From positions 795 through 64,794 of the forward strand of contig JBGPOY010000004.1 in NCBI GenBank assembly GCA_041488275.1: a DNA stretch of 64,000 bases. The letters run 5' to 3'. Shown piece after piece: positions 63,925-64,000 of this stretch. Origin of the DNA: Candidatus Nanoarchaeia archaeon. GTDB lineage: Archaea; Nanobdellota; Nanobdellia; Woesearchaeales; ARS49. The notes beneath the pieces were generated by a model. That model worked only from the letters and a program-made list of their open reading frames with translations. It was not told where the DNA came from and made no database searches. Both the position numbers and the translations under genes were made by a program. Position 1 is the stretch's first letter, and each line of letters opens with the position of its first letter.

Positions 63925-64000
63925 CTATTCCAATCCGCGCTTGAGCATTTTGTGCGCGCGGTTGATGGCCTTGAATTTTTCGGCATCGCCGGTGGGCGTG
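63925..64000 (-). CDS. 3' end of a gene running off the window (C-terminal ...PTGDAEKFKAINRAHKMLKRGLE, J-domain-like?)
   Basis: Stop codon at 63925-63927 on the minus strand. The ORF is open to the window end. Confidence 0.3.
   Translation of the reverse strand, partial: TPTGDAEKFKAINRAHKMLKRGLE

Overview
This 64-kb window is a gene-dense, high-GC (~58-60%) archaeal chromosomal segment. Informational hallmarks are GatD/GatE, deoxyhypusine synthase, Cdc48, SMC, Orc1/Cdc6, aIF5B, aRF1, prefoldin beta, L37ae-RpoP, NIP7, KsgA, SerRS, AlaRS and eight tRNA genes. Many genes are leaderless: a recurring promoter '(G/A)AAACCTTTATAAA' sits about 22-27 bp upstream of the ATG (Finding 15), and I used this spacing to refine several start codons. 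No rRNA, CRISPR array or obvious transposon was found. The items most worth a second look are (i) a PocR-GAF-GGDEF signalling protein in an archaeal context, (ii) three tandem, translationally coupled paralogous genes of unknown function, (iii) a secreted Cys-rich repeat protein with MopE-type metal-binding and TSP1-like motifs plus a recent internal duplication, (iv) a split Tpa1/OGFOD1-like 2OG-oxygenase pair, (v) a recurring palindrome CACCGAG-N4-CTCGGTG positioned upstream of the TATA boxes of three translation-related genes, (vi) tRNA-end segment duplications next to tRNA-Ser/serS and tRNA-Pro, (vii) a coupled basic/acidic micro-ORF pair beside orc1, and (viii) low-GC, possibly foreign, genes.
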